From positions 154,250 to 218,249 of the forward strand of contig NW_005201240.1 of the NCBI RefSeq assembly GCF_000372725.1: a stretch of 64,000 nt of DNA, in the 5' to 3' direction. The stretch comes from Emiliania huxleyi CCMP1516 (lineage: Eukaryota). Position numbers and translations under genes: made by a program. Below the pieces are notes generated by a model. The model was not told the origin of the DNA, made no database searches, and saw only the letters and a program-made list of their open reading frames with translations. Positions 60,869 to 64,000 of this stretch are shown in pieces; within the stretch, counting starts at the first letter, position 1, and every line of letters starts with the position of its first letter.

Positions 60869-63800
60869 TCACTCCTCGGACTTGCCCGCCTGCTGCTCTT
60901 TCCACTTCTTGACCATCAGCTCGGTCTTGTCGCGCGGCGCGGGCACGTGCGCCTTGTACTCCATAGTGTACTCCCCCTTGCCCTGCGTCACGCCTCGCAG
61001 GTCGGACGAGAAGCCAAACATGCTCTCGAGCGGCACATCCGCGTCGATTGTGACGAACTCGGCGCCCTCCATGCTGTTGACCGTGCCCTTGCGCTGCGAG
61101 ACGAGCGCCACCGCGGTGCCCTGGAACTCGGCCGGCACCGCCACCTCCGTCGACATGAGCGGCTCCAGCAGCACCGGCTTCGCCGTCGCCATCGCCTGCT
61201 TGAAGGCGCCCTGCGCGGAGGGAAAGGAAGGGACGGGACGGGACGGGAAAGTGCGGCACACTTCTCCACTCACACGCTGCTAGGGCCAGGGCCGGGCAAC
61301 CCTCGCGTCTCCACACCTGCGCGGCGGCGCGGAAGGCCAGCTCGTTCGAGTCGACTGCGTGTGCAAGCCCGTCCTGCAGCACCACCCGCATCCCCATCAC
61401 CTGCGGGAGGCGCCAGCGACGTGTCGGGGACGTGTCGGGGCCATGCGCGCAGGACTCCTCGCAGGCCGTGTCACCGGCGAGCCCGTGAGAGTCCCCTTGA
61501 GCATCGCCTCGCGGAAGCCCTGTTCGCAGCTGCAGCCGTGAAGAGACGGTGCGCTGCTTCCTCGCGATTCGGATGGAGGGTGAAGGTGGCGGTGTGGTGC
61601 GGTGGCGTGTAGACGAGGGAACGGCAGCTGACAGCGGCGCCTTGTCGATCGCGGTGACGAACTCGGGCGGGATCATGTTGCCCACGAGCTGGTTATCGAA
61701 CTCGTACGCGCCCTGGCCGAGCGCGTCGGAGGAGATCGGCTCCACGTAGCCCTCCACCTGCTCTCGGTCAATCTCGGGTCATCTCGGGTAGCCCCGGGTA
61801 TCTCGACACCGCCTCGGGGTCCATCTGCACCCGCCCAAACTGGCCCGAGCCGCCGCTCTGCTTCTTGTGCGTGTAGGCAAACTTGGAGCGCGTCGACGCC
61901 GTCTCGCGGAAGGCAACCTTCGGGTTGCCCGTCGAGCACTCCACCCCGTACTCGCGCTTGAGCCGCTCCACGTAGATCTCGAGGTGGAGCTCGCCCATGC
62001 CCGAGATGATGGTCTGGCCCGACTCGTCGTCGGTGTGCACGCGGAAGGTCGGGTCCTCCTGGGCGGCATGGTTTGGAGGAGGTGTGAGACGAGGCTGAGA
62101 CGAGGCTGAGACGGGGTTCAGACGGGGTTCAGACGGGGTTCAGACGGGGTTCGGACGGGGTTCAGACGGGGTTCAGACGGGGTTCGGAGGAGCTCGCCCC
62201 GCTGCCGCGAGGGGCGGCGGGCGGCGCTCCTTGGTGAAGCGGCCGAGCGCCTTTGAGAAGTTTGGCGCGTTCTTGTCGGCAGGCACCAGCGCGAGCGAGA
62301 TGACCTGACGGACATGTCATGAACGTGTCCTGGACGTGTCCTGGACGGCACCAGTGCGAGCGAGCTGACCGGATCGGGGACAAACATCGACGTCATCGAC
62401 AGCTTCGTCTTGCCGTCGGTGAAGGTGGTGCCCGAGGCGCAGTCGACGCCGAACATGGCGACGATGTCGCCCGCGCCGACCGACTCGACGTCCTCCATCT
62501 CGTTGGCGTGCATGCGGACGAGCCGCGGGATGCGAACCTTGCGCCGGACCCGAGATTACCCGAGATTGTCCGAGATTATCCGAGATTTCCTGAGATTGCC
62601 CGAGATGGCGGGGGGGCGAACCTTGCGCCGGTCCGCCGCCATCGACTGGATCGTGTCGCCGCGGCCAACCTTGCCCTGGTAGATGCGCATGTACGTCAGC
62701 TGGCCGAACTTCCCCTCCTCGAGCTTGAAGGCGAGCCTATGGTCATGTCTCGGACGTGTCATGCACGTGTCCTCGACATGTCCCCTCCTCGAGCTTGAAG
62801 GCGAGCCTATGGTCATGTCTCGGACGTGTCATGCACGTGTCCTCGACATGTCCCCTCCTCGAGCTTGAAGGCGAGCCTATGGTCATGTCTCGGACGTGTC
62901 ATGCACGTGTCCTCGACATGTCCCCTCCTCCAGCTTGAAGGCGAGCCTATGGTCATGTCTCGGACGTGTCATGCACGTGTCCTCGACATGTCCCCTCCTC
63001 CAGCTTGAAGGCGAGCCTATGGTCATGTCTCGGACGTGTCATGCACGTGTCCTCGACATGTCCCCTCCTCCAGCTTGAAGGCGAGCCTATGGTCATGTCT
63101 CGGACGTGTCATGCACGTGTCCTCGACATGTCCCCTCCTCCAGCTTGAAGGCGAGTCCCGACGAACGGGTCCGACGACACACCCGTGAGCCCCACCTGCT
63201 CCTCGTCTTTGTCCAAGTCGAGCGCGCAGTTGGTCACCTCGGTCGGCGCCGGCAGGTAGCTCACCACGCCGTCCAGGAGCGGCTGCACGCCCTTGTTCTT
63301 GAAGGCGCTCCCCATGAAGACGGGCGTGATCGCATTCGCGATCGTCTGGCGCCGGATCGCGGCACGCAGCACCCCGAGCGGCGGCTCCTCCTCGGCGAGG
63401 TAGAACTCTGCTATCTCCTCGTCGGCGTCTGCGAGCTTCTCGAGCAGCTCCGCGCGCTTCTCCTCCATGGCGGCCTGCAGCCCGGCAGGAACCTCCCCCT
63501 CCTCCACCTCCTCCCCGCCAGGCCCGGAGAAGCGGAGGGCCCTGCGCTCCAGCAGGTCGACCACACCCTCGTGGTCGCCGCTCACGCCGATCGGGATCTG
63601 CATTGCCACCGCGTTGAGCCGCAGCTTATCGCGCAGCTGGCCGATCACCGCGTCTGCACGGCGGAGGATGGCCCGAGATGGCCCGAGATGGCCCGAGATG
63701 GCCCGAGATGGCCCGAGATGGCCCGAGATGGCCCGAGATGACCCAATCACTGCGTCTGTGCGGCGGGTGCGCGAGGGGTCGTCGAGGAGTATCTGGGAGG

Positions 63801-64000
63801 TGCCTGCGCAGTGTCCAGGCAGTGCCATCCCAGTGCCGTCGCAGCGTCCAAGCCACTGTCTCGGCGGGAGAAGTGTCCCGGAAGTGTCACCCCACCTGGG
63901 TCGGAGCCCTCGCGGTCGAGCTTGTTGATGAAGGCGAGCCGCGGGACAGAGTACCGCCTGAGGAGGCCGGGCGCCGGCGACACTCCGGCGGCAGCGCAGC
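60869..64000 (-). CDS. GFM1: Mitochondrial elongation factor G (EF-G1); 5' part outside window
   Basis: [83 protein letters not shown]. Confidence 0.96.
62711..63155. repeat. 70-bp tandem repeat (6 full copies plus a partial) forming an EF-G intron
   Basis: Units at 62711, 62781, 62851, 62921, 62991, 63061 and partial 63131. Confidence 0.97.

Noticed and set aside
62711..63155. CRISPR-like appearance of regular repeats (also 43118-43645 and 48260-51744)
   Set aside because: No unique spacers, no cas genes, eukaryotic context.

Overview
This is a eukaryotic, very GC-rich, gene-dense window with short introns, many of them GC-AG and packed with 10-12 bp minisatellites. That style suggests a haptophyte alga of the Emiliania/Gephyrocapsa type (inference from style only). 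About 20 protein genes can be read. The well-supported ones are RPL37A, PP2A B''-gamma (PPP2R3C/TON2-like), JMJD6, a DUR3 urea transporter, mitochondrial EF-G, a Ser/Thr kinase and an FAD monooxygenase. Others include a GT34-like glycosyltransferase, a DUF3556-like membrane protein, a DUF305/cupredoxin-motif protein and a secreted Gly/Asn/Glu repeat protein. There are also two probable pseudogenes, two small LTR elements with target-site duplications, MITEs, a decayed DDE transposase, a 951-bp tandem array and a 100-N gap. The most striking pattern is a recurrent intron architecture. In at least eight unrelated genes the intron starts with a 10-33 nt copy of the exon that follows it, often continues with short-repeat filler, and ends in AG. 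The donor dinucleotide (GT, GC or even GA) usually matches whatever the duplicated exon starts with, which looks like an active duplication-plus-filler mechanism of intron birth. All splice sites were inferred by eye from reading-frame restoration and protein family knowledge, without transcript data.
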